This document shows positions 48,929 through 58,681 of a stretch of 64,000 nucleotides of DNA, in pieces (the stretch's first letter is position 1; each line of letters starts with the position of its first letter). The DNA is taken from positions 288,001 through 352,000 of the forward strand of contig JAHPZA010000010.1 in the NCBI GenBank assembly GCA_019058445.1, written 5' to 3'. Both the position numbers and the translations under genes were made by a program. The notes beneath the pieces were generated by a model, which saw only the letters and a program-made list of their open reading frames with translations, ran no database searches and had not been told where the DNA came from. This stretch comes from Promethearchaeota archaeon. GTDB lineage: Archaea > Asgardarchaeota > Lokiarchaeia > Sigyniarchaeales > SOKP01.

Positions 48929-50065
48929 ATGATATCTTGCCAAGAATTTTTTACTATTTTAAAAGAAAAGGGATTTACTTTTTTTACAGGAATCCCTGAT
49001 TCGACTTTTAAACATTTTATAAAATTTATATCAGATAATAATGGAGAATTATTACAAAATATCGTTGCTTCTAATGAGTGTGAATCTATAGCAATAAGCG
49101 CTGGATATTATTTAGCGACAAGTAAGATAGGTGTTGTTTATATGCAAAATTCTGGTCTTGGTAAAACCGTCAATCCTTTAACTTCTTTGTGCGATCCTGA
49201 AATATATGCAATTCCGATATTACTTCTTATAGGTTGGCGTGGAGAACCTGGGAAAATTGATGCTCCTCAACATAGAAAAATGGGCAGAATTATGCTATCA
49301 TTATTAGATACTCTTGAAATACCATATAGTATACTTAAACCAGAAATAGAGGATATTAGATTAAACCTTAATTCTGCTATTAAATATTTCAATAAAATGA
49401 AAGGTCCCTACGCTTTTATTATCAAAAGAAATTTTTTTAAAGACTATAAATCGAATAATAAAGAAATCGTTAGTTATGAGCTTTCTCGTCAGCAAGCAAT
49501 AGATTTAATAATGGATAATCTTAACGAAAATAATATAGTAATTTCAACAACCGGATTTACTTCACGAGAGGTATATGAATATAGAGAAAAAACGAAAAAG
49601 GCCCATAACAGAAGTTTTTATAATATCGGAAGTATGGGGTGTGCTTCTTCAATTGGATTAACCATAGCTCTGCATAATTCAAATAAAAAAATATTCATTT
49701 TTGATGGAGATGGAGCCGCTATAATGCAAATGGGAGCTTTTACCACAATAGGTAAAAACTCTCCAAAAAATTTTATACATATAGTATTTGATAATCATAT
49801 GCATGAAACAACAGGAGGACAGCCTACTAATTCTAGTTCAGTTGATTTTGTTAAATTAGCTTTTGCTTGTAACTATAAATATGGTAAAGTTGTTATAACT
49901 AAAAATGAGCTGATTGAAACGATTTCAGATATTAAAAATAGAGACGGACCGATAATTATTGTTATTAAGGTAAAACCAAGTTTTAATGCTGAGCTAAAGA
50001 GACCTGAGAAAGAGCCAAAATATTATAAAGAAATTTTTCAAAATTATCTAATTAATTCAAAATGA
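48929..50065 (+). CDS. aepY: Phosphonopyruvate decarboxylase
   Basis: FFTGIPDS, YMQNSGLG, GWRGEPG, GSMGCASS, TPP motif DGDGA...N, TGGQPT; directly follows pepM. Confidence 0.95.
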   Translation: MISCQEFFTILKEKGFTFFTGIPDSTFKHFIKFISDNNGELLQNIVASNECESIAISAGYYLATSKIGVVYMQNSGLGKTVNPLTSLCDPEIYAIPILLLIGWRGEPGKIDAPQHRKMGRIMLSLLDTLEIPYSILKPEIEDIRLNLNSAIKYFNKMKGPYAFIIKRNFFKDYKSNNKEIVSYELSRQQAIDLIMDNLNENNIVISTTGFTSREVYEYREKTKKAHNRSFYNIGSMGCASSIGLTIALHNSNKKIFIFDGDGAAIMQMGAFTTIGKNSPKNFIHIVFDNHMHETTGGQPTNSSSVDFVKLAFACNYKYGKVVITKNELIETISDIKNRDGPIIIVIKVKPSFNAELKRPEKEPKYYKEIFQNYLINSK

Positions 50066-50805
50066 AAGCTGTAATATTAGCTGCTGGAATGGGTACGCGT
50101 CTTAAACCATTGACGGATGATATGCCAAAATCCTTTTTAAATATAGATGGTAAACCTTTAATCATTAGATCACTCGATAATTTAAACCAAGTAGGAATTC
50201 AAGACGTTATAATTGTAATAGGGTATTTACAAAATTTTTTTAAAAAGAACATAGGAAGTTATTATAAAAATCTAAAAATAACATTTGTATTTAATCCCTA
50301 TTATTCATATACCGGAAGTATGTATTCTCTATCTCAAACTGAGGGGATTGTAGATAATGATATACTTTTACTAGAGGGAGATTTACTGTATGAAAAAAGA
50401 GCTTTGGAATATTTAATTGATTCAATTGAACCAAATGAGATATTGATTGCTCCACTTAGTGGCTCGGGGGATGAGGTTTATATTTGTGTTAATGAACATA
50501 ATGAACTTATTAATTTAGGAAAAAATATTGTTAATAAATCTGAAGCGATAGGTGAATTGGTTGGAATATCTAAGCTTTCAATGGATTTCCTTCCTAAACT
50601 CTATCAGAAAGCTAAAGAAGATTATAATAATAAAGAATGCTTATATCACTACGAAGAAGTTATTTTTAAAGTATCTAAATCTTATCCTATTAAATGTAAG
50701 TTAATTTCGGATTTAAATTGGATAGAAATTGATAATGATAATGACCTGCGCAGAGCTATTGAATTAGTATATCCAAAAATAAAAAATAAAGAAAACACTA
50801 TATAG
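50062..50805 (+). CDS. Phosphonate/phosphocholine cytidylyltransferase (PntC/LicC-like)
   Basis: ILAAGMGTRL, TGSMYSL, LLEGDL, GELVGISK, WIEID; ATGA-coupled to ppd. Confidence 0.88.
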   Translation: MKAVILAAGMGTRLKPLTDDMPKSFLNIDGKPLIIRSLDNLNQVGIQDVIIVIGYLQNFFKKNIGSYYKNLKITFVFNPYYSYTGSMYSLSQTEGIVDNDILLLEGDLLYEKRALEYLIDSIEPNEILIAPLSGSGDEVYICVNEHNELINLGKNIVNKSEAIGELVGISKLSMDFLPKLYQKAKEDYNNKECLYHYEEVIFKVSKSYPIKCKLISDLNWIEIDNDNDLRRAIELVYPKIKNKENTI

Positions 50806-51001
50806 ATAAGTTCTTGATTTGATTAAAGTACTCCTTGTCTTTTAATTTTTTAGGAGAAGATTTTTTTCATATGAAAGAATAATATCAAAGAATTAGATAA
50901 GAATTATCCTTTTAAAAAACAATGGAATTAAAAGATTATTAAAATAATTAAAGGAAGATGAAGAATCATAACAAAGAAATTATAGTAAAATAATAATAAT
51001 T

Positions 51002-52117
51002 TTGATCAAAATGACAAGAAGAAATATACTATTAAATCCTGGTCCAGCAACTACGACTGATTCAGTGAAGAAAGCATTAATTGTTCCCGATATATGTCCA
51101 AGAGAAAAAGAATTTGGGGATTTGATGCAAGAAATAAGAAAAGACCTTGTTGAGATTGCTGGAGGTGATAAAAATTATACATCTGTGTTATTTGCTGGAT
51201 CTGGAACTGCCGTAATGGAAAGTACCATTAGTTCAGTTGTACCTCCAAACAAAAAAATTCTAATTTTAATTAATGGTGCTTATGGAATTCGTTTTGCAGA
51301 GATTGCACGAACATATAATATCGAAGTTGTCGAGCTTAATTTTGAATTTGGGAAAAGAATTGAATTAAAGCAAATAGAGTCTATTTTAAGGGCTGATGAA
51401 GAAATTGCGTGTGTGGCTGTTATCCATCATGAAACTACAGTGGGAATTTTAAATCCCATAAAAGAGATCGGAGAAATCACAAAAGCTTATCGAAAAACCT
51501 TTATAGTTGACACTATCTCTAGTTTTGCTGGGGTTCCTATTAATATAAAGGACTTTAATATTGACTTCATGATGTCTACCTCAAATAAATGTATCCAAGG
51601 AATGGCCGGAGTGGCTTTTATTATCTGTAAAAAATCTGCTTTGGAAAAGTTAAGATCATTTAAAGCAAGGAATTATTATCTCGATCTATTTAAGCAATAT
51701 GAATATCTTGAGAAAAATAATCAAACAAGATTTACCCCACCTGTACAGATTATATATGCTCTTAAACAAGCAATTTTAGAATTATATGAGGAAGGTGTGG
51801 AAAATAGAATTAATAGATATAAGGAAAATTATCGAATTTTGAAAGATGGGTTGAAGAAGTTGAATTTTAAATTTTTGATGAAAGTTGATGTAGAAGAATC
51901 TAACATTTTGACTACAATTCATTATTTAGATCATCCTAATTTTAATTTTGATATTTTACATGATAAATTATATAAGAAAGGATTTACAATTTATCCCGGT
52001 AAAATTACTGATCTTAATACTTTCAGAATTGCGGTTATGGGAGCAATTTACCCTGCTGATATTAAAAATTTCATAAAGACTCTAGGAAATGTTTTAAAGG
52101 AAATGGGCATAAATTAG
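51002..52117 (+). CDS. phnW: 2-aminoethylphosphonate aminotransferase (PhnW/AepZ); likely start ATG 51011
   Basis: LLNPGPATT, GSGTAVME, HHETTVG, DTISSF, STSNKCIQG, RFTPP, IYPGK. Confidence 0.93.
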   Translation: MIKMTRRNILLNPGPATTTDSVKKALIVPDICPREKEFGDLMQEIRKDLVEIAGGDKNYTSVLFAGSGTAVMESTISSVVPPNKKILILINGAYGIRFAEIARTYNIEVVELNFEFGKRIELKQIESILRADEEIACVAVIHHETTVGILNPIKEIGEITKAYRKTFIVDTISSFAGVPINIKDFNIDFMMSTSNKCIQGMAGVAFIICKKSALEKLRSFKARNYYLDLFKQYEYLEKNNQTRFTPPVQIIYALKQAILELYEEGVENRINRYKENYRILKDGLKKLNFKFLMKVDVEESNILTTIHYLDHPNFNFDILHDKLYKKGFTIYPGKITDLNTFRIAVMGAIYPADIKNFIKTLGNVLKEMGIN

Positions 52118-52170
52118 ACAAAAAAAAATCTTATTTATTATTCATTAAAAAACTTAAAAGATCGATAAAA

Positions 52171-53406
52171 ATGCTTCAAAGAATTTTAAATAAAATGTTA
52201 ATGCATGTTAAGATTTTCAAATTAGCAAAAGTTTTAAAAATTAACCCTCGATTTTTTTTCGATTTAATAATATTTCATCTTTCTAAGTTATTTAGAGGAA
52301 ATGTAGATGATAAATTGATTGTTCTGGGGGGGGCAAGCGGGAAAGCATTTATGGGCAATACTAAATACTTGTATTATTATTTAAGAGATAATACAGATTA
52401 TAAAATACTTTACTATGTAAAATCTTATGAATTAAAACAAAAGTTAGAGAGGAATGGAATAAACACTATTTACGCATATAGTTTGGAAGCAATTAAAATT
52501 TTAAGAAAAGCGAGAGCTGTTTTTGTAACTCATGGCTATATTGATGTACTTCCTATAAAATTTTCATCTAGAACTATATTTGTTCAAACATGGCATGGAG
52601 CAGATATTAAAATTCTAAATTCCTCTCCCTATTTTAATAAGTATATCTATTCTAAATGGACAAAAATATTTAGATTAAAACTTCGAAATCATGAATTATA
52701 TGATTATGTTTTAAATCCTTCAGGAGAGAAAAAACCATTACAAATTTTATCTAATGCATTTAAATATCCAATTGAAAGAATTATTACAACAGGTTATCCA
52801 AGAAATGATATTTTTTTTTCAAAAGATCCCTACTTATCCCAGAAACTAAAAAAAAAATATGGAATTTCGAACAGTATCAAGACCATAGTATTATATGCAC
52901 CAACTTTTAGAGAGAAATTTTCTACAAAAAATCCCTTTTCTATGGAAGCTCAACATAAATTAAACGAGTTAGGTAAAAAATTAAAAACGATTTTTTTAAT
53001 GAAAACACATATAAGCGAAAGTCTGATTAAAATAGAAGAATCATCAAATATTAAATCAATCAGGAAAGATGATGACATCCAAGAGCTTTTATTTATTACT
53101 GATTTATTGATAACAGATTATTCGTCAGTATTTTGCGACTTTTTATTATTAAATAGACCGATTATATTATATGTTTATGATTATGAAGAATATATCAATA
53201 ACCGCGGAATTTATTATGATTCATTAGAAGACATAACTCCGGGACCAATTTTTTATTCTTCAGAAGACTTGTTAAATGCTATTGAAAATATTGAGGAATA
53301 TTATCAAAAATATGAATCAAAGCATGAAAAAATAAAAAAATATTTTAATAAATATAAGGATGGAAAATCTTCAGAAAGATTATTAAGGTTTTTAAAGCTA
53401 ATTTGA
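52171..53406 (+). CDS. TagF-like phosphotransferase, close paralog of 45535..46773
   Basis: VTHG, QTWHG, TGYPRND, LYAPTFR, ITDYSS. Confidence 0.9.
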   Translation: MLQRILNKMLMHVKIFKLAKVLKINPRFFFDLIIFHLSKLFRGNVDDKLIVLGGASGKAFMGNTKYLYYYLRDNTDYKILYYVKSYELKQKLERNGINTIYAYSLEAIKILRKARAVFVTHGYIDVLPIKFSSRTIFVQTWHGADIKILNSSPYFNKYIYSKWTKIFRLKLRNHELYDYVLNPSGEKKPLQILSNAFKYPIERIITTGYPRNDIFFSKDPYLSQKLKKKYGISNSIKTIVLYAPTFREKFSTKNPFSMEAQHKLNELGKKLKTIFLMKTHISESLIKIEESSNIKSIRKDDDIQELLFITDLLITDYSSVFCDFLLLNRPIILYVYDYEEYINNRGIYYDSLEDITPGPIFYSSEDLLNAIENIEEYYQKYESKHEKIKKYFNKYKDGKSSERLLRFLKLI

Positions 53407-53518
53407 ATTAAAAATTTAAATTCAAATTAAATTAATTACTTTAAGAAGTAAGAATTATTGAAAAAACTAATATTACTAAACGTATTTACTAGAAAAAATA
53501 GTGTGAATCATAAAAAGG

Positions 53519-54658
53519 GTGCAGTTTATCAAAAATTTTATTAAGAGTTTCTGTAATATTTTCAATAGAAATATTTACCGGGGATTTACATTAATTAAAA
53601 GATTAACAGGTCGTAAATTCAACGCTGAGTTTTATGCTGATAAAATTACGATGAGGATTAATAGATTATTGCGAAATGAGTATATTCCAAATCCAAAAGA
53701 ACATTTATATGTGGAAGTTACAAATATATGTAATTTAAGATGCAGATTTTGTGCGTATAGCAAAGCTATTAATAAAAAAGTAATAATGTCTAATGAAATG
53801 TTTTATAATATAATAAATAATGCAACTAATTTTGGATATGACAAATTTGGATTAACTCCTATTACGGGTGAAGTTTTTATTGATAAAAATTTCATTAAAA
53901 AATTAAAATTTTTAGAAGACCATCCAAAAGTTAAAAGCTATAGCTTTTTTTCAAATTTTACACTTGCTGATGCAGAAATTATTAATTTTTTAATTAACGC
54001 GAAAAAGTTAAATGAATTATATATTAGTCTTTATGGACATGATTATGAATCATTTTCAAAATTTACGGGGGGGAATAAAAAAACATACCAAAAGCTATTA
54101 TCTAATCTAAGATATTTATGTGAACATAGCAATAACATACTTTTTAATCTAAGCTTTGGATTGAGAACATACATCTCTTTTGAGTCATTAACAAAATGCA
54201 ATAGTGATTTATGCCATACTGTCAAAGCAATTTTAAAAAATCCAAAAAGTAAAATCACAATAAATAAAGCCTATTATAATTGGGGCGGTTATATTACACA
54301 AAATGATGTAAAAGGGCTTGATATCATCATTAATGATCCTTCCAATTACTATAAATATGGTGCGTGTTCTTTAATTTTCTATAAAAATCAAGTTATGGCA
54401 GACGGCAGAGTTAACGCATGTGCTTGTAGAGATGTAAATGCTACCCTTCAGATTGGTGATTTAAAAAGACAAACTTTTGAAGAAATATATACATCTCAAA
54501 ATGTCAAGTATAGTAACATTGTTAAAAGCCACCAAAAGGGTGATTTCAATCCAGTATGCCAAAGCTGTGACTTTTACAGAAGTATCTATAAGAATTATAG
54601 AGTTTATAGGAAATATAAAAAAAACCCATTTACACTCAAAAAATTCTTCCAGAAGTAA
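53519..54658 (+). CDS. Radical SAM enzyme with SPASM/Twitch domain
   Basis: CNLRCRFC motif; C-terminal GACS...DGRVNACACRD...CQSC. Confidence 0.9.
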   Translation: MQFIKNFIKSFCNIFNRNIYRGFTLIKRLTGRKFNAEFYADKITMRINRLLRNEYIPNPKEHLYVEVTNICNLRCRFCAYSKAINKKVIMSNEMFYNIINNATNFGYDKFGLTPITGEVFIDKNFIKKLKFLEDHPKVKSYSFFSNFTLADAEIINFLINAKKLNELYISLYGHDYESFSKFTGGNKKTYQKLLSNLRYLCEHSNNILFNLSFGLRTYISFESLTKCNSDLCHTVKAILKNPKSKITINKAYYNWGGYITQNDVKGLDIIINDPSNYYKYGACSLIFYKNQVMADGRVNACACRDVNATLQIGDLKRQTFEEIYTSQNVKYSNIVKSHQKGDFNPVCQSCDFYRSIYKNYRVYRKYKKNPFTLKKFFQK

Positions 54659-54759
54659 GTAAATAATCAGGTTAATTTATGATCATTGTTTAATTTAATC
54701 TACAATCAATTAAGAATAAAGTTCTAAATTTAATTTAAATTTAAATACTTATTAATAAA

Positions 54760-55557
54760 TTGAATTTTTTAATATTAGGAATGATTATTAAGATTATTAT
54801 TAGAGTCGATGATATCTGTGATCAATATGATTTTTATAATCTAAGAGACTGGTTCATAGAGAAGTTTCCTAAAATACCTATTTCATTTTATGCGATGGAT
54901 ACTCAATATCCTTATAGATGGGGAAAGAGAGCATGGAATCAAATTAAAAATGCAGTTATTAATTTTAATTGGGAGATAGGAGGTCATACAAGAAATCATT
55001 ATCATTTACCAGATTTATCTCAAACAATACTTTTTAATGAGATCGTGGGAAATATTGAAGATATTGAGAAAGGACTACAATCTGTAAAGTTAGAATATCA
55101 AATTACTAGTTTTGCATATCCCTATGGTGAATTCGATGAAAGAGTAAAAAAAATTCTCAAAGAATATGGAGTAAATTATGGATTAACCTATGATCCTAGC
55201 AAAAATTATAAAACTCAAATAACACTACCAACAGATAATTTTTATGAGATCGGAATAAGCTGCAATGCCACAAACTCTCTTGATGATTGGAATTTAAGAT
55301 TTAAAGAAGTATATGAAAGTGGTGATTGTTATATTTTATGTTTGCATACCTCTCATTGGATAAGAGGTAGCAATAGAGAAAATTTGAAAAGAATTTTTAA
55401 ATCAAGATCCTATAAAGAATTATATTGGGCAATAAAACGCTTTTGTATATTTATATTTAAAAAAAATTCATTGGAAATGTGGGATAAATTAAAGCAACAT
55501 TTAGAATTTATTTTGAAACATCAACATATTCAATTTATTACCTTTAAAGATTTATAA
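54760..55557 (+). CDS. Polysaccharide deacetylase (NodB/CE4); likely start ATG 54781
   Basis: IRVDD, EIGGHTRNH, SFAYPYG. Confidence 0.85.
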   Translation: MNFLILGMIIKIIIRVDDICDQYDFYNLRDWFIEKFPKIPISFYAMDTQYPYRWGKRAWNQIKNAVINFNWEIGGHTRNHYHLPDLSQTILFNEIVGNIEDIEKGLQSVKLEYQITSFAYPYGEFDERVKKILKEYGVNYGLTYDPSKNYKTQITLPTDNFYEIGISCNATNSLDDWNLRFKEVYESGDCYILCLHTSHWIRGSNRENLKRIFKSRSYKELYWAIKRFCIFIFKKNSLEMWDKLKQHLEFILKHQHIQFITFKDL

Positions 55558-55647
55558 GAATAATTTTTTTAAGACAATCCCTTGAAAATATTAAAAATTT
55601 AACAAGATAATTTATTTATTATAATATAGAAAAAAATAAATGATTAA

Positions 55648-56679
55648 ATGAAAATTTTATTTGTTGGGGTCTTTAAGGAACCTTGGTCAACACATCATCC
55701 TATTGTAAAGGAATTCAAAAGGAAAAATCATGAAGTTATAAAATTTGATTTCCGCCAATTATCTTTAAAAAATATGCGAATTACTTTTCCTTTCTACAGG
55801 AATTTCTTAAAAGAGAAGTTTGAAAAATTCATTAGATATAGGCCCTACTTGCCTGAAAAAATCAGGAATCTAAAATTTTACTTATTTGGTAATTGGCTGA
55901 TGAATAGACAGCTTTTATATTTAATTAAGAAAAATTCATTCGATTTAGTGTTCCTTGCTAAATGCGATACTATAAATTACAATCTAATAAAGAAATTTAA
56001 CAAATACACAAAAACCTGGTTTTACTTCATGGATCCTCTTTATATTTCTTATGAAATGAGAGCTTATAAATATGCTCAGGAGAGTTCATGGAGTAGCGCG
56101 AGTACAATGGTTAACAATTTATGGTTTAAAAAAAATGGTGCAAATAGCTATTATATAACTCAAGGAGTTAATCTCGCAGTGTTTAATAATAGAGAAAGAA
56201 AACCTAATCATGAAATAGATGTTATTTTTGCTGGAACAAACACAATAAAGCGAAAGAACTATATTGAATACTTATTAAAAAATAATATTAATATTCGATG
56301 TTATGGAGAAGGATGGGATAATGGTCCTATTTATTTGGAGAAACTAGCTAAGGAATATAAAAATTCAAAAATTATTTTGAATTTCCATAAAGAAGATTCG
56401 GGATTCTCTATTAGAATTTTTCAGGCACTTGCTACACAATCATTTGTATTAAGTGAATATTGCTCAGATTTAGAGAGAATTTTTAAAAAGGGAGTTCATT
56501 TAGACTGGTTCAAAACTCCGGAAGAATGTGTGGTATTAATTAAAAAATATTTAGATAATCAAGAAAGCAGAGAAAAAATAGCTCAAGAGGGTTATATTTT
56601 TGTCTCTAAATATTATTCCTGGAAAAATATAATTGAGAAAATAATGCAAATTGTTGAAGTTCCAAAAAATAAGATATAA
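55648..56679 (+). CDS. CgeB/Glyco_trans_1_2 glycosyltransferase
   Basis: DVIFAGT, YGEGW, SKIILN, SIRIFQ, IAQEG. Confidence 0.85.
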   Translation: MKILFVGVFKEPWSTHHPIVKEFKRKNHEVIKFDFRQLSLKNMRITFPFYRNFLKEKFEKFIRYRPYLPEKIRNLKFYLFGNWLMNRQLLYLIKKNSFDLVFLAKCDTINYNLIKKFNKYTKTWFYFMDPLYISYEMRAYKYAQESSWSSASTMVNNLWFKKNGANSYYITQGVNLAVFNNRERKPNHEIDVIFAGTNTIKRKNYIEYLLKNNINIRCYGEGWDNGPIYLEKLAKEYKNSKIILNFHKEDSGFSIRIFQALATQSFVLSEYCSDLERIFKKGVHLDWFKTPEECVVLIKKYLDNQESREKIAQEGYIFVSKYYSWKNIIEKIMQIVEVPKNKI

Positions 56680-56787
56680 AATAGAAATGAAAAAAAAATC
56701 CATCATTATTTAAAACTTCATATAATAAAAAACAGACATAAAATATTGCTTTTTGTAGGAAATAAGGATAAGTATTAGAATTTGTAT

Positions 56788-57711
56788 TCAAATTTTTGAG
56801 AGTTCTATAAAAATATCACCCAAAGTAGGTTCTACTTCTTGAATTTTCGTAATAGGATAAGTAGATAGAAGATGTAAAAGATCTGGATAATTATTTTTTG
56901 AATTCATATGAATAATACCCCCACGCTTCTCATCAAGAAATTCAATTATATAATCCAATGTGCTCAATTCTTGTTTTAATTTATTCAAATGCTCAAGAGG
57001 TAACTCTATACGAATATAAATAGTTTCCCTCATGAGTTTTTGAAAGTTTTCTTGAGTATCTACTTTTATAACATTTCCCTTATTTAAAAATGCCACACGA
57101 TCGCATACTTGTTGTATTACATGCATTTGGTGTGAGGTAATTAAAATCGTTTGATTTAAATCTAATAAAATATCAATCATTTGCTTAATTGTATTAGGAT
57201 CCAATCCCAACAAAGGTTCATCCAAAAATAAAATCTCAGGTTCAATTAACAAAACTCTACATAACGCTAACTTTAATTTCATTCCCCGAGAATACTTCTC
57301 AACATATTCTTCCAACCAATTTTCTATACCAAAAATAGTTGCAAGTTCTACAATTTTTTTATTAAAATTCTTAATGTTATAGATTCTAGCAAAAAATTTT
57401 AGATTATCCTTACCTGTCAATCTATAGTATATTATTTCGTGACCTAACATCAAACCTAATTTGTTTTTAATCTTATTTGCCTGTTTTAATACATTATAAC
57501 CTAAAATTTCAGCGTAACCGCTCGTCGGTTGTAATAGGGTTGTTAATATTTCTACTAAAGTTGTTTTACCTGCACCATTCGGTCCTAATAAACCAAAAAT
57601 CTCTCCCTCTTTAATCGAAATATTAACCTTATTCAGAGCTTGAACATATCCTCCTTTTTTCAACTTATATTTCTTCGATAGATCAAAAGTTTGAATTGCG
57701 AAGTCACTCAT
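56788..57711 (-). CDS. ABC-2/DrrA-type exporter ATP-binding protein
   Basis: Walker A GPNGAGKT, signature YSRGM, Walker B LFLDEP, TSH; C-terminal EPTLGDIF. Confidence 0.95.
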   Translation of the reverse strand: MSDFAIQTFDLSKKYKLKKGGYVQALNKVNISIKEGEIFGLLGPNGAGKTTLVEILTTLLQPTSGYAEILGYNVLKQANKIKNKLGLMLGHEIIYYRLTGKDNLKFFARIYNIKNFNKKIVELATIFGIENWLEEYVEKYSRGMKLKLALCRVLLIEPEILFLDEPLLGLDPNTIKQMIDILLDLNQTILITSHQMHVIQQVCDRVAFLNKGNVIKVDTQENFQKLMRETIYIRIELPLEHLNKLKQELSTLDYIIEFLDEKRGGIIHMNSKNNYPDLLHLLSTYPITKIQEVEPTLGDIFIELSKI

Positions 57712-57712
57712 T

Positions 57713-58567
57713 TTAATACCCCGTTATACCATATCGATTATAAATTCTCTCAAATGAACATAGAGCTATTATAGGAATTCCAATCGCCATCGTAAATAAC
57801 ACAAAATAATGTTGCCAAGAAATATATTTATACGCGTCAATTGGATCAATTCCCGCCCACCAGCTTAATTTTAATAGATCGAAAATATAATAAAAAGGAT
57901 TTAGTCTTATAAAAAATTGTAATATCCTTGGAAACAGTTTCAATGGATAGGTAACACAACTTAACCAAGATATAAATTTAGCTGAATACGATAATAAATT
58001 TGAGATATCTTCATTAACTATGTCAATAACACCAATAAGAACACCAATTCCCATGAATATAATAATAATCGCTAAAAATATTGAGCAAAAGTGTAGTAAA
58101 GAAATTAAAGGAATTGGAAATAATATATAACAAATCATAATAAAGATCGCTACTGTGGGGATAATGATAATCAATTCAGTTATCAATAACCCAACAATTA
58201 AATTGAATCTATTAAAGGGGGCTATTATTAATCCTTTTAAAGTTTGCCATATTTTTTCCCTTCGGAATGTTTCTTTATATAAGTCTAATATTCCAAACAT
58301 ATAATTTATACAATAAGCTATTAAGAGAAATAGCAAGAAATTATATTCGGTATAATAATCAAAGTAAAAAGCTTCAGAAAGAGAAAATATTTTTGCTAAA
58401 ATAATATAAGGAATGAAAATACTTACTAACGGTTTGATATATCGAAGTGCAAACTTGAATCCATATCTTAAATGTAATTTAAGCTCTTTTTCAGAAATAG
58501 CTAAAATTTGTTTAATATTAAGTTTAAGATCATTAGCTTTAAACATCACTATCAAGAAGAATGTCAA
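57713..58567 (-). CDS. ABC-2 type permease
   Basis: About 6 TM helices, EK.WQTL...AP, YP...FP...NPFYY, C-terminal YGITGY. Confidence 0.85.
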   Translation of the reverse strand: MTFFLIVMFKANDLKLNIKQILAISEKELKLHLRYGFKFALRYIKPLVSIFIPYIILAKIFSLSEAFYFDYYTEYNFLLFLLIAYCINYMFGILDLYKETFRREKIWQTLKGLIIAPFNRFNLIVGLLITELIIIIPTVAIFIMICYILFPIPLISLLHFCSIFLAIIIIFMGIGVLIGVIDIVNEDISNLLSYSAKFISWLSCVTYPLKLFPRILQFFIRLNPFYYIFDLLKLSWWAGIDPIDAYKYISWQHYFVLFTMAIGIPIIALCSFERIYNRYGITGY

Positions 58568-58681
58568 ATTTTATATAAACTTTAGGAAATCTGCAGAATT
58601 TCATACATGTTAGAACTCCTCTCTAAAAATTACTATTATATGAAAAAATTTTTAAACTTTAAAACATTTTAATGAAAAAGA

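Noticed and set aside
51002-52117. Phosphonate catabolism (phnWX/phnWAY)
   Set aside because: No phnX, phnA/phnY or C-P lyase. The context with pepM and ppd indicates biosynthesis.
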